Source of the DNA: Candidatus Endomicrobium embiratermitis
GTDB taxonomy: Bacteria > Elusimicrobiota > Endomicrobiia > Endomicrobiales > Endomicrobiaceae
Assembly (NCBI GenBank): GCA_009781315.1
Contig: WQYI01000002.1
Location: forward strand, 61,415 to 125,414
DNA length: 64,000 nucleotides
Direction: 5' to 3'
Both the position numbers and the translations under genes were made by a program. Positions 18,936 through 28,439 of the stretch are shown here, piece after piece. Within the stretch, counting starts at the first letter, position 1. Each line of letters opens with the position of its first letter. The notes under the pieces were generated by a model. That model made no database searches and was not told where the DNA came from. It worked only from the letters and a program-made list of their open reading frames with translations.

Positions 18936-19535
18936 TTATTCGTAAATTATGTCGTCAAGATAAAATATAAATCCGTTAGGATTGTCGTCTTTTGAAGCTG
19001 CCCAGCAGAAACCGCCGATAATGTGGGACAAATCTTTGCCTTTAAGATCGATCGTGTATTTCTGCCATTCTTTTTTAAGTTCGACGGGTCCGATAGCCGC
19101 TGAGTCTGAATCCGGGAATTCTCCGGTAATTCCACCCATTTTAAATTCAGCTATTTTTTCTCCGCCTACCGCTCCGCGCGCCCAGAAAGTAAGTTTTGTA
19201 GCTCCGGTTAAATCATATCCGCCTTTCTTTTCGCCCCAGTTATTTGCAGGCTGCTGCCAATAAATTCCGGCCCATCCCGCGCCTTGGGTCATTTTCGCGC
19301 TGTACGTGGTTTTAATACAGTAATTTCCGCTTCTCGGGCTTTCTGTGCTTGCGAGGTTAAGTTTAAGATCGCCATAATCTCCCATCCATCCTGAAGGAGC
19401 AAAATGGTTTTCTTTCGAGTTATATTCGACATAAACAGCGAAAGGTTTGAAAGCCGGGGCTTTCTGGGCTATTACTGCTACTGAAGCTGTTGCTACAAAT
19501 GCTGCGGCTAAAGCTAACGACAAAATTTTCTTCAT
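18936..19535 (-). CDS. Secreted protein with a putative carbohydrate-binding, beta-sandwich-like domain
   Basis: 199 aa with a signal peptide (MKKILSLALAAAFVATASVAVIA); aromatic-rich Gly/Trp segments. Confidence 0.45.
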   Translation of the reverse strand: MKKILSLALAAAFVATASVAVIAQKAPAFKPFAVYVEYNSKENHFAPSGWMGDYGDLKLNLASTESPRSGNYCIKTTYSAKMTQGAGWAGIYWQQPANNWGEKKGGYDLTGATKLTFWARGAVGGEKIAEFKMGGITGEFPDSDSAAIGPVELKKEWQKYTIDLKGKDLSHIIGGFCWAASKDDNPNGFIFYLDDIIYE

Positions 19536-19659
19536 GACACTCTCCCTTTTTTAATTTGACGCCTTTGGGCATCATTAATATTGAGACAACTTCAAATTGA
19601 AAAATGTTACGCTTTGTTTTTTAATCTTTAATAATAAATAGTAAATGTTCGTCGACAAA

Positions 19660-20034
19660 TTACTCTGTACGTCCTTTTATTTGTTTTTCTTCATGTTCTT
19701 TTAAGAGTTTAATATATATGTTTTTTTGTTTTTCGTCAAGTATGCTTTTGATGTTTTCTCTTAATATATGTAGCTGTATTTTTATTCTAGGGTCAACCTG
19801 CTTCATTATATTGTCTATTGCGGTTTTATTGTCGGCAAGAATATTAAAAAGCAAAGCTTTTTGAACGTCGCTTAACTCTAAAGTCTGGGTAAGCATATCA
19901 AGCCTTTCAAATTTGTGCTGAAAATTATAGGTTTCTTTGGCTTTTACATTGGTTTTTGTTATATACCCGCCCGCAAAACCTATGAAAAATATTAAAATGC
20001 ACAATGCGACGGCTTTTGTTTTAACCGAAACCAT
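19660..20034 (-). CDS. Periplasmic LTxxQ-motif protein (Spy/CpxP family-like)
   Basis: 124 aa with N-terminal TM/signal and an LTQTLELSDVQK motif; downstream of the ECF sigma/anti-sigma pair. Confidence 0.5.
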   Translation of the reverse strand: MVSVKTKAVALCILIFFIGFAGGYITKTNVKAKETYNFQHKFERLDMLTQTLELSDVQKALLFNILADNKTAIDNIMKQVDPRIKIQLHILRENIKSILDEKQKNIYIKLLKEHEEKQIKGRTE

Positions 20035-20038
20035 TTAT

Positions 20039-20470
20039 TTATCCCATTAAACCTGAAGATATTTTATCGTATACGGAAGTGTCTTTTAAAACGTAATCGT
20101 TTAAAGCCGCTATATTATCGTGACTTTTTTTGTCAAAAAACGAAGGCGTAAAAAAATTAAAAGCCGCTATTACGGCAAACAAAAATACCGCGGCAAGCAA
20201 AGAAACTTTTACCGTTTGAAAGAAAGTCGAAGCTTGGCTTGGCGTATAAAGTTTTTTCTCGATTTTTTGCATTATTATGCTTTCAAATCGGGCGCCGGTT
20301 TTTTGTTTGTTAAGATTCATAAGCGAAGTTCTTACGTTTTTTAGCGAGGAATATTCTTTAAAACATTCTTTGCACGACTTCAAATGCTCCTCAAACAAAA
20401 CTTTTTCGTTTTGAGGAAGTTTATCGTCTATATAAAGACTTATTTTCGGGACAAAATTTTTGCACTTCAT
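20039..20470 (-). CDS. Anti-sigma factor, zinc-finger type with one TM helix
   Basis: 143 aa; HLKSCKEC Cys/His cluster, central TM helix, 4-nt gap from the sigma-factor gene. Confidence 0.6.
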   Translation of the reverse strand: MKCKNFVPKISLYIDDKLPQNEKVLFEEHLKSCKECFKEYSSLKNVRTSLMNLNKQKTGARFESIIMQKIEKKLYTPSQASTFFQTVKVSLLAAVFLFAVIAAFNFFTPSFFDKKSHDNIAALNDYVLKDTSVYDKISSGLMG

Positions 20471-20484
20471 TTTTTTTCCTAGTT

Positions 20485-21045
20485 TCAGATTTTTATAATG
20501 CTTTTTAATTTGTTTCTGGCTCTGAACAGCCAGACTTTTACTTTTGCGTCGGAAATTTTCATTATCTGCGCTATTTCCTCGTACGAAATGTCTTCAATGT
20601 CTCTTAGCGTCACAATCATTCTGTATTTTTCTGGCAATTCCAGCAAAGCTTTTCTTATCATGCTTTGGGTTTCCGCCGAAATAGAGTTTTGTTCAACATT
20701 CGCGTTCGGGTCGGCTAAAACGTCTTTTAGAGAAATATCATCTTTATTTTTTACTTCCGTTTCAAGGGAAACCGTGTTTTTCTTTCTTTTTTTCAGTCCG
20801 TTATAACATTCGTTGACGGAAATTCTGTAAAGCCATGTTGAAAAAGCCGATTTTTCCTCAAAAGAATCCAAATTGGAATAAACTTTCAAAAAAACATTCT
20901 GGGTTATATCGTCGCTTTCGGAATAATTTGAAGTAAAAGAAAAAGCTATATTGAAAACTTTGTCTTTGTATTTTGTTATAAGAGATTCAAAAGCGTTTAA
21001 ATGACCCTCTTTTGCAAGTTTTACAAGCTGAATGTCGCTAAGCAT
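20485..21045 (-). CDS. ECF-type RNA polymerase sigma-70 factor
   Basis: Sigma-70 regions 2 and 4 (YRISVNECYN; DIEDISYEEIAQIMKIS). The start is probably the ATG at 21045; the ORF track begins at a TTG two codons upstream. Confidence 0.85.
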   Translation of the reverse strand: MLSDIQLVKLAKEGHLNAFESLITKYKDKVFNIAFSFTSNYSESDDITQNVFLKVYSNLDSFEEKSAFSTWLYRISVNECYNGLKKRKKNTVSLETEVKNKDDISLKDVLADPNANVEQNSISAETQSMIRKALLELPEKYRMIVTLRDIEDISYEEIAQIMKISDAKVKVWLFRARNKLKSIIKI

Positions 21046-21063
21046 TACCAAACTCTCAATAAA

Positions 21064-21091
21064 TTAGACTGTTTTTTTTATAAAAAGTTAC
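21064..21091 (-). promoter_or_regulatory. ECF-type autoregulatory promoter candidate (GTAACTT-N16-TCTAA on the minus strand)
   Basis: Minus strand reads tGTAACTTtttataaaaaaaacagTCTAAtttattgagagtttggtaATG, matching the sigE-like AACTT-N16-TCTAA pattern. Confidence 0.45.
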
Positions 21092-21129
21092 ATTTTAAAA
21101 ATTTTTTACAAATAAAGGTGTTTTAATTC

Positions 21130-21912
21130 TTATAAATTTTCAAATGTTTTTGAAAATTCATACATAATTATAGATGCGGCTATAGCGGCGTTTAAAGATT
21201 GCGCGTTGCCGGGCATATTTATTTTTATAAGCGAGTCCGCGAGTTTTTCGGTTTCCGGTTTCAAACCTTTTGACTCATTTCCTATAATTAGAGCGATTTT
21301 ATTTTTAACGATGGGGCTATTAATATCTTTATCGCATTCAAGAGAAGCGGCAGTTATAAAAACAGATTCATTTTTCATAATATTTACGGTTTCTTTTATG
21401 TCAATATTGCCCAAAACCGGTATATGAAATATCGAACCCATAGAAGCTCTTACTGTTTTATCGGAATATATATCAGCGCTTTCTTTTGACACAAAAACGG
21501 CTTTCGCGCCAAATGCGTGCGCCGAACGTATTATTGTACCGAGATTGCCCGGATCCTGAATACTTTCCAAGATGACAAACATTCCGTCTTGTTTAATGAT
21601 TTCTTGGGTGTTATATTTCTTTTTTTCAACGACTGCTGCTATTCCCTGCGGGGTTTTGGTTGATGATATTTTGTCAAAAAGGCGCTGCGAAAATACAAAG
21701 GGTTTAAGGTTTTTTGACATCTTTTCATTGAAATTTTCTGAAATTACGATTTCTTTTATATTCCAAGTGTCGGGAATTTCATCAACCTGTTTTTTGCCTT
21801 CAACAAGAAAAAATCCGCTGCTGTCGCGGTTTTTTTTGATTTTTAGGTCCAAAATGTTTTTATAATTACTATTCTGCCGGCTTTCTATTACCATAATGTT
21901 ATAATTTATCAC
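21130..21912 (-). CDS. TrmH/SpoU-family RNA 2'-O-methyltransferase
   Basis: 260 aa; SpoU methylase motifs (GNLGTIIRSA; IGNESKGL). Confidence 0.8.
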   Translation of the reverse strand: MINYNIMVIESRQNSNYKNILDLKIKKNRDSSGFFLVEGKKQVDEIPDTWNIKEIVISENFNEKMSKNLKPFVFSQRLFDKISSTKTPQGIAAVVEKKKYNTQEIIKQDGMFVILESIQDPGNLGTIIRSAHAFGAKAVFVSKESADIYSDKTVRASMGSIFHIPVLGNIDIKETVNIMKNESVFITAASLECDKDINSPIVKNKIALIIGNESKGLKPETEKLADSLIKINMPGNAQSLNAAIAASIIMYEFSKTFENL

Positions 21913-21933
21913 TTATTGACAAAAAACGCAAAC

Positions 21934-22032
21934 GGCAGAGGCAGAGATGCGGAGATGCAGGGAAAAGACAAAAGCAAAGACAGTTGTGTCGTTAACTCCG
22001 CATCTCTGCCTCTCTGCATCTCCACATCTGCA
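21934..22032. repeat. Composite palindromic element, family 4, copy 2 (divergent intergenic region)
   Basis: gcagaggcagagatgcggagatgcaggg ... ctccgcatctctgcctctctgcatctccacatctgc. Confidence 0.7.
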
Positions 22033-22096
22033 GTTTTGACACTACATATACTATTTTGATATCATTACGGAAATAATCATACAAAAAGAGGCATAG

Positions 22097-23344
22097 ATGT
22101 TGCGTTATATTCAAAATGATTTGTATATTGAAAACGTTAAACTTGAAACTGTAGCAAAAAAATTCAAAACAGCGGCTTTCGTATATTCGAAAAAACAGCT
22201 TACGGATAATTTTTTAGCTTATAAAGAAGCCTTTGGTAATAAAGAAGGCTTAATTTGTTTTGCCTGTAAAACAAACTCAAACGGGCGGATTTTAAATATC
22301 CTTTCAAAACTGGGCGCAGGCGCGGACACAACTTCAGGAGGGGAAATATTCAGGTGCCTTAAAGCGGGTTTTAGCCCTTTGAAAATAGTTTATGCCGGAG
22401 TAGGCAAAACAAACGAAGAAATAGAATATGCTCTTAAAAATAAAATTTTGATGTTCAACGTTGAATCTTTTGAGGAACTTTCCGCAATCGATAAAATAGC
22501 GGGAAGACTTAAAACCAAAGCGAAAATCGCTTTCAGAATTAATCCTGATGTTGACCCTGACACGCATTCTTATATTGTTACGGGCAAAAAAGGCACGAAA
22601 TTCGGCATACCTTATGAAGATTCTGTAAAAGCTTATTTGACTGCCAAAAAGATGAAAAATATAGCTTTGACCGGGATACATTACCACATAGGTTCGCAGA
22701 TTTTAGACGTAGAGCCGTTTAGGATTGCCGCAAAAAAGATTAAAAAAGTCGTAGATGAAGTTGAAAAAAACGGCGTAAAACTCGAATATATTAACTGCGG
22801 CGGCGGATTGGGTATTGAATATTCCAAATCCGACAAAGCAAAAACCCCGAAACAGCTTATGTCCGAGATTTTTCCGGTTTTTGATAAAGATAAAAAATTT
22901 ATCTTTGAGCCGGGACGTTCTATAATCGGAAACGCCGGCCATTTGGTTGCAAAAGTCATTTACAGAAAACAGTCCGGCGGAAAAAGTTTTCTTATTACCG
23001 ACGCCGGAATGAACGATTTGATAAGACCTACTTTGTACGAGGCTTATCACGACATAGTGCCGGTTAAAAAAACTAAAATGAAAACCGTTAAAACGGATGT
23101 CGTGGGTCCGATTTGCGAAAGCGCTGATTTTATGGGTAAAGACAGGCAATTGCCTGTTTTAAATCAGGGAGAGTATTTGCTGATAAAATACGCGGGCGCT
23201 TACGGCGCGGCAATGTCGTCGCAATATAACTCAAGAACGCTGCTTGCGGAAATTTTAGTAGACGGTTCTAAAACGGAACTGATAAGGAAAAGGGCTGCAT
23301 ACGAAGATTTATTGTTGAATGAAACGTATCAGGATAAAAAATGA
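22097..23344 (+). CDS. lysA: Diaminopimelate decarboxylase
   Basis: 415 aa; PLP-dependent group IV decarboxylase motifs (FACKTNSN; EPGRSI; CESAD). Confidence 0.9.
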   Translation: MLRYIQNDLYIENVKLETVAKKFKTAAFVYSKKQLTDNFLAYKEAFGNKEGLICFACKTNSNGRILNILSKLGAGADTTSGGEIFRCLKAGFSPLKIVYAGVGKTNEEIEYALKNKILMFNVESFEELSAIDKIAGRLKTKAKIAFRINPDVDPDTHSYIVTGKKGTKFGIPYEDSVKAYLTAKKMKNIALTGIHYHIGSQILDVEPFRIAAKKIKKVVDEVEKNGVKLEYINCGGGLGIEYSKSDKAKTPKQLMSEIFPVFDKDKKFIFEPGRSIIGNAGHLVAKVIYRKQSGGKSFLITDAGMNDLIRPTLYEAYHDIVPVKKTKMKTVKTDVVGPICESADFMGKDRQLPVLNQGEYLLIKYAGAYGAAMSSQYNSRTLLAEILVDGSKTELIRKRAAYEDLLLNETYQDKK

Positions 23345-24153
23345 ATATCAATTTCTCAAAACTTACCGCAGCCGGGAACGATTTTGTTCTCATTGATAAC
23401 AGGGAAAATATAATAAATGAAAAGAATTACCGGAATCTTGCAATAAAACTGTGCGACAGGAAATATTCGATAGGCGCGGACGGTCTTATTTTTCTTGAAA
23501 AAAGCTCTGAAAAAGATTTTAAAATGAAATATTTTAATTCCGACGGTTCTCACGCTTCCATGTGCGGAAACGGCGGACGTTCTATCGCGATGTTTGCTTT
23601 TGAAATCGGAGCGGCAAAAGAAAAAATGATTTTTGAAACCGACGCAGGCGTTATTAACGCGGAAATTATACCCGGTAATAGGGTTAAACTTGATTTATAT
23701 GATCCAAAAGATTTAAAACGCGATATTAAAATCGAATCCGAAGGGCAAAAATTTGACATTGATTTTATAAATACGGGAGTTCCTCATGCGGTTATTTTTG
23801 TCGATGATATCGAAAATGCCGATGTTTTCAGATATGGAAGAGCGATACGAAACCATAAAGAGTTTGCGCCGTCAGGAACAAACGTAAATTTTGTCCGGGT
23901 ATTAAAAGACAATACGATTTTAGTCCGTACTTATGAAAGAGGAGTAGAAGGAGAAACTCTTGCCTGCGGCACAGGCATTACGGCTTCGGCGATAATTTCA
24001 GGGCTTAAGGGTTTTGCGAAATCTCCGGTTAATGTTGTTGCCAGAGGCGGAGATAAACTTGCAGTCGCGTTTAAAACCGGCGACGGAAAAATAACCGGAG
24101 TAGTTTTGGAAGGACCTGCGGTAATAGCGTTTAAAGGAACAGTAAAAATATAA
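23341..24153 (+). CDS. dapF: Diaminopimelate epimerase
   Basis: 270 aa; NSDGS...MCGNG and ACGTG catalytic-cysteine motifs; ATGA overlap with lysA. Confidence 0.9.
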   Translation: MNINFSKLTAAGNDFVLIDNRENIINEKNYRNLAIKLCDRKYSIGADGLIFLEKSSEKDFKMKYFNSDGSHASMCGNGGRSIAMFAFEIGAAKEKMIFETDAGVINAEIIPGNRVKLDLYDPKDLKRDIKIESEGQKFDIDFINTGVPHAVIFVDDIENADVFRYGRAIRNHKEFAPSGTNVNFVRVLKDNTILVRTYERGVEGETLACGTGITASAIISGLKGFAKSPVNVVARGGDKLAVAFKTGDGKITGVVLEGPAVIAFKGTVKI

Positions 24154-24155
24154 AA

Positions 24156-24268
24156 GACAAATAACAATTAACAAATGATAATTTACAATTAACGGCAAAA
24201 AACTATAGCAACAAGTTGACTTTAATTGTTATTTGTAAATTGTAAACTGTTAATTGTGGTTAATTGGG
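24156..24268. repeat. Composite palindromic element, TAACAATTAACAAAT family (family 1)
   Basis: aaataacaattaacaaatgataatttacaattaacgg ... ttaattgttatttgtaaattgtaaactgttaattgtggttaattgg; the 3' end runs into the GGGGG SD of dapA. Confidence 0.7.
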
Positions 24269-24274
24269 GGATGT

Positions 24275-25147
24275 ATGTTTCACGGGGTTTACACGGCTTT
24301 GATTACGCCTTTTAAGAATGACAAAATCGATTTTGACGCTTTAGGCGCGATAATTGAGAATCAAAAAAAATATGGTGTCGACGGATTAGTTCCCTGCGGA
24401 TCTACTGGCGAATCTACGACATTGTCTTATGAAGAACATGAAGCCGTAATAGAGTTTGCGGTTAAAGCCGTAAAAGGCAAAATGAAAGTTCTTGCCGGTA
24501 CGGGTTCAAATTCTACCGACGAAGCTATACATTTTACAAGTTTTGCCAAAAAAATCGGCTGCGACGGCGCTTTGATAGTTTCGCCTTATTACAATAAACC
24601 TACGCAAAAAGGCTTGTATCTTCATTTTAAACAAATTGCCGACAGCGTCGACATTCCGATAGTGCTTTATAATATCGCGGGCAGAACCGCCGTAAACATA
24701 GAAACCGCGACCGTCGCTAAATTATGTAAAGACTGCAAAAATATTATCGGCGTAAAAGAGGCGTCGGGGTCGCTTGACCAGATGAGCGCGGTAAAATCCG
24801 CCGTTGCGGAAATAGAACTTATTTCGGGAGACGATGCGCTTACGCTTCCGTTACTTTCAATAGGCGGTTGCGGAGTGATATCAGTCTTATCTAATATCGT
24901 TCCTCAAGAAGTCATATCTTTAGAAAGAGCTTTTAAAAGCGGAAATATAAAAGAAGCGCAAAGAATACATTACAAACTTTTGCCGCTTATAAAAGCTATG
25001 TTTATAGAAACAAATCCTATACCCGTGAAAACCGCGGCGGCAATGCTTGGAATGTGCGGTCCTGAGTTAAGGCTTCCGATGTGCGAGATGGATGAGGCAA
25101 ATAAAACAAAGCTTGAAAAAGCGATGAAGGATTTCGGACTTATTTAA
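24275..25147 (+). CDS. dapA: 4-hydroxy-tetrahydrodipicolinate synthase
   Basis: Begins MFHGVYTALITPF; the Schiff-base lysine region is present. The ORF track start at 24254 lies inside the repeat element. Confidence 0.88.
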   Translation: MFHGVYTALITPFKNDKIDFDALGAIIENQKKYGVDGLVPCGSTGESTTLSYEEHEAVIEFAVKAVKGKMKVLAGTGSNSTDEAIHFTSFAKKIGCDGALIVSPYYNKPTQKGLYLHFKQIADSVDIPIVLYNIAGRTAVNIETATVAKLCKDCKNIIGVKEASGSLDQMSAVKSAVAEIELISGDDALTLPLLSIGGCGVISVLSNIVPQEVISLERAFKSGNIKEAQRIHYKLLPLIKAMFIETNPIPVKTAAAMLGMCGPELRLPMCEMDEANKTKLEKAMKDFGLI

Positions 25148-25167
25148 AATGTACCAAAGGACTAAAT

Positions 25168-25692
25168 GTGAATAAAATATTGCTGGCGGTTGTAGCTGCG
25201 TTTTTGTTGTTGCCTAATGTTTATGCAACAAAACTTGTTAAAATAGTAAAAAATGAAAGCAGCGTTCAAATAAGAACGCCGGACGGCGAATTGAGCTTGT
25301 ACAAGGAAGGCGAAAAAGTTCCTGAACTTTTATACGGTTCGAAAATAATCGCCGGTTCAAAACCGGTATCAGTTCAATTTTTTAATACCGCGGTTATAGT
25401 TTTGGAAAAAAATCAGGGTATTTTTTTTACAAAAGACCCTATTAACAAAACAATAGAAATCTACAAACTTGAAACCAAAAGCAAGGATCAGAAAATAAAA
25501 GTTATTCTGCCAGGCAATATAACGGCGTATTTCGGCGCGGATGCGAAGATTACTTTAAAAGAACAGTTTCCAAGCATATATCTGGGGGTTAAAACAGGTT
25601 TTGCGACAGTCGAAGATTCTGACGGAACATTTTGCAAACTTGCCGAAGGCGACGACTATGAAGCAAAACAAAATTTGTTAAATGACTTTTAA
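25168..25692 (+). CDS. Hypothetical secreted protein
   Basis: 174 aa; GTG start with AAAGGA RBS; signal peptide. Confidence 0.5.
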   Translation: MNKILLAVVAAFLLLPNVYATKLVKIVKNESSVQIRTPDGELSLYKEGEKVPELLYGSKIIAGSKPVSVQFFNTAVIVLEKNQGIFFTKDPINKTIEIYKLETKSKDQKIKVILPGNITAYFGADAKITLKEQFPSIYLGVKTGFATVEDSDGTFCKLAEGDDYEAKQNLLNDF

Positions 25693-26230
25693 GTTTACAA
25701 AATTATCGATTCCGGACGTTGTTTTGATTGAATCTAAAAAATTCGAGGATTCAAGAGGTTTTTTTGCCGAATTATACCAGGAAAGCAAATTTAAGGAATT
25801 CGGTATCGACAAATCCGTGAAACAGATAAATCTTTCAAAATCTTCAAAAGGCGTTTTGAGAGGGCTCCATTATCAGCTTAACCCTTTTGCGCAGGGAAAA
25901 ATCGTAAGGGTTGTTGCCGGAAGCATCTTTGACGTTGCCGTGGATTTAAGAAAAAATTCGCAGTTTTACGGCAAATGGGTAGGCGTAAATTTAAAATCCG
26001 AAAACTTAAATATGCTTTATATTCCCGAAGGTTTTGCGCACGGTTTTGAAGTTCTTTCCGATACCGCCGAATTTGAATATCTTTGCACCCAGGTTTATTC
26101 GCCGCAGCATGAAAGGGGAATCAGATACGACGATCCTTTCCTTAACATATCATGGTCTTCAAAAAGTCCCGTTCTTTCCGAAAAAGATTTAAAATACCCG
26201 TTTTTTAAAGAAGCGGATACAAATTTTTAA
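25682..26230 (+). CDS. rfbC: dTDP-4-dehydrorhamnose 3,5-epimerase
   Basis: 182 aa; cupin motifs RGLHYQ and PEGFAHGF. Confidence 0.88.
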   Translation: MTFKFTKLSIPDVVLIESKKFEDSRGFFAELYQESKFKEFGIDKSVKQINLSKSSKGVLRGLHYQLNPFAQGKIVRVVAGSIFDVAVDLRKNSQFYGKWVGVNLKSENLNMLYIPEGFAHGFEVLSDTAEFEYLCTQVYSPQHERGIRYDDPFLNISWSSKSPVLSEKDLKYPFFKEADTNF

Positions 26231-26231
26231 A

Positions 26232-26732
26232 ATGACTCAAAATATATCAATTCCTTTAATTTACGCCGTCCGTTATGACGGTATAAATGAATTTCATTGT
26301 TTTATGAAAGAATTTAAAAACCGCGATGACGTTTTTAAGCATTACGCGGATTTATTGTGTGAAAAAATAACTTCAGACAAAGATTTTTTTGAAAATTTTG
26401 ATTTTTTTGTTTTTATACCTTCTTTAAGTCCCGACAGAGTAAATTACTCTTTAAAACTTGCCGAATATGTGTCTAAAAAATTAAATAAGCCCGTAAGATA
26501 CGACGTTTTGGAAAAAATAAAGTTTACAAAGGAAATCAAAACGCTTCCTAAAGAGGAAAGACGTAAGGAAATAGAAAAATCTTTTGTTGCTAAACTTGCC
26601 GGCAATGAAAGAGTTTGTATTATAGATGATGTTTGCGCTTCAGGAGCAACATTAAACGAGGTTTCAAAGGTTTTAAAAGCGGCAGGAGTATCATCTGTCT
26701 GTTGTGCCGTAGCGGCATTGTATGTTATTTAA
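26232..26732 (+). CDS. ComF-family / phosphoribosyltransferase-domain protein
   Basis: 166 aa; PRPP-binding motif VCIIDDVCASGATL. Confidence 0.65.
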   Translation: MTQNISIPLIYAVRYDGINEFHCFMKEFKNRDDVFKHYADLLCEKITSDKDFFENFDFFVFIPSLSPDRVNYSLKLAEYVSKKLNKPVRYDVLEKIKFTKEIKTLPKEERRKEIEKSFVAKLAGNERVCIIDDVCASGATLNEVSKVLKAAGVSSVCCAVAALYVI

Positions 26733-26755
26733 CATTTTCTTCTGTCAATATCGGC

Positions 26756-26880
26756 TTACTTGTCTTTAAATATCCGGAGCGTTCTATTCGTCTGTCATTC
26801 CCGCGAAAGCGGGAATCCAAGTTTAACATGACTCCCCTATTAAGACATTCGGGGATGACAAAAGGAAGGGTTTAAAACCT
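26756..26880. repeat. Palindromic element, GTCATTCCCGCGAAAGCGGGAATC type
   Basis: gtcattcccgcgaaagcgggaatc plus tcccctattaagacattcggggatgacaaaagg; the same core recurs at 40355-40390. Confidence 0.65.
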
Positions 26881-26928
26881 GCTTTTGTCAGTTTGCGGGA
26901 AATCTCTGATTTTTGTATAATTTTATGA

Positions 26929-28101
26929 ATGAATAAAAAGCAATTGAGCGGTTACGTATCTGATATAATTGAAGATATAAAAGAAAACGGCGATAAAGCC
27001 GTTTATAAATATCTCAAAAAATTTGACGGCGTTGATTTATCGCTAAAAGGATATAAAATATCTAAAAAAACGATAGACGATGCTGCCAAACGCGTTTCTC
27101 CCTCTTTAAAAAATGCTATAAAATCATCGTATCTTAATATTTTGTCATACCATAAATACGAATATTTGCAAATTAAAAAAAGCTGGGTCAGAAATAAAAA
27201 CGGCGTTAAGACGGGTCAATTTTACTCTGCGGTTGAGTCCGCGGGGATATATGTTCCGGGCGGTAAATTCCCTTATCCTTCTACTGTTATAATGACTGCC
27301 GTTCCTGCAAAAGCCGCGGGAGTTAAAAGAATTGTCATGGTAACCCCGCCAAATAATATTAGCGATGAAGTTCTTTATGCCGCTCAACTTTGCGGCGTTA
27401 CGGATGTATACGGCGTAGGCGGAATTATGGCGATTGCCGCTCTTGCTTACGGCACGCAGACAGTTAAAAAAGTCGATATTATAGCAGGTCCCGGAAACGC
27501 CTATGTGAACGAGGCCAAAAGGCAGGTTTTCGGCCGGGTAGGCATAGATTCTTTGGCAGGTCCCAGCGAAGTGGCTATAATAGCCGATAAAAGCGTTCCC
27601 GTAAAATACGTTGTTGCCGATATTATGGCGCAGGTTGAACATGACGCTATGGCTAAAGCTTATTTGTTTTGCGAAAGCCAATCAAAGATTGGGAAAATAA
27701 AAGAAGCTTTGCCAAAAGAAGCTCTTAGTCAGGTTGAAATTGAACTTTGTTCATTAGATAAAGCGGTTGAAAAAGTAAATAAAATCGCTCCAGAACATCT
27801 TGAGATTCTTGTTGAAAATTATTTAAAACTTGTCAAAAACATTAAAAACGCCGGCGCAATTTTTGCGGGTTATCAAACGCCTACGGCCGCCGGAGATTAC
27901 TGGGCGGGACCGTCTCATGTTTTGCCTACAAACGCTTCCGCGAAGTTTTCAAGCGGGTTGTCTGTTATGTCGTTTTTGAAAAGGACGACATATATTGAAT
28001 TGAACAAAAATAATGCTAAAGCCTATAAAGAAATTGCGGATTTTGCGCGCTGCGAAGGAATGAAATATCATAAAGAATCGGCCGATATAAGAAGAAGTTG
28101 A
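26929..28101 (+). CDS. hisD: Histidinol dehydrogenase
   Basis: 390 aa; Zn/NAD-binding motifs (AGPSEVAII; EHLEI). Confidence 0.88.
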   Translation: MNKKQLSGYVSDIIEDIKENGDKAVYKYLKKFDGVDLSLKGYKISKKTIDDAAKRVSPSLKNAIKSSYLNILSYHKYEYLQIKKSWVRNKNGVKTGQFYSAVESAGIYVPGGKFPYPSTVIMTAVPAKAAGVKRIVMVTPPNNISDEVLYAAQLCGVTDVYGVGGIMAIAALAYGTQTVKKVDIIAGPGNAYVNEAKRQVFGRVGIDSLAGPSEVAIIADKSVPVKYVVADIMAQVEHDAMAKAYLFCESQSKIGKIKEALPKEALSQVEIELCSLDKAVEKVNKIAPEHLEILVENYLKLVKNIKNAGAIFAGYQTPTAAGDYWAGPSHVLPTNASAKFSSGLSVMSFLKRTTYIELNKNNAKAYKEIADFARCEGMKYHKESADIRRS

Positions 28102-28204
28102 GAAGTTGGGCAGCTGGGAAGTTGAGCAACGACGAAGGTAAAGACAAAAGACGAAACGACCACAGCTCCTCTCAGCTTCTCAACTGCCAAGCTCTCTAAA
28201 CTTC
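28094..28204. repeat. Composite palindromic element, family 3, copy 2; its 5' arm overlaps the hisD stop codon
   Basis: gaagttgagaagttgggcagctgggaagttgagcaacgacgaagg ... cagctcctctcagcttctcaactgccaagctctctaaacttc. Confidence 0.7.
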
Positions 28205-28222
28205 CGCCATAAGGAATGTTAA

Positions 28223-28432
28223 ATGAAAATAGATTTAAGCTGGAAAGAAGTCGGGTATCTTCTGTATTTGATAAATGAATCAGCGGCAAAAAAATCCGAA
28301 AGCGGAGCCAATTATCACGAATACAGCATTGACGATATAGAACTTATGGATAAGCTTGAAGCAGCTATAAAATTTTTTGAAATTGAAAAATTCGGTTTGG
28401 GTAAAGCTTCAAAAAACCAGCCGTTAAATTGA
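28223..28432 (+). CDS. Small acidic hypothetical protein (69 aa) inserted between hisD and hisB
   Basis: AAGGAA RBS 6 nt upstream; no recognisable domain. Confidence 0.4.
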   Translation: MKIDLSWKEVGYLLYLINESAAKKSESGANYHEYSIDDIELMDKLEAAIKFFEIEKFGLGKASKNQPLN

Positions 28433-28439
28433 GAAAATT

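Noticed and set aside
26633-26875. 80-aa plus-strand ORF
   Set aside because: It runs through the GTCATTCCCGCGAAAGCGGGAATC palindromic element and the 3' end of the ComF-like gene. It has no homology signal and is considered spurious.
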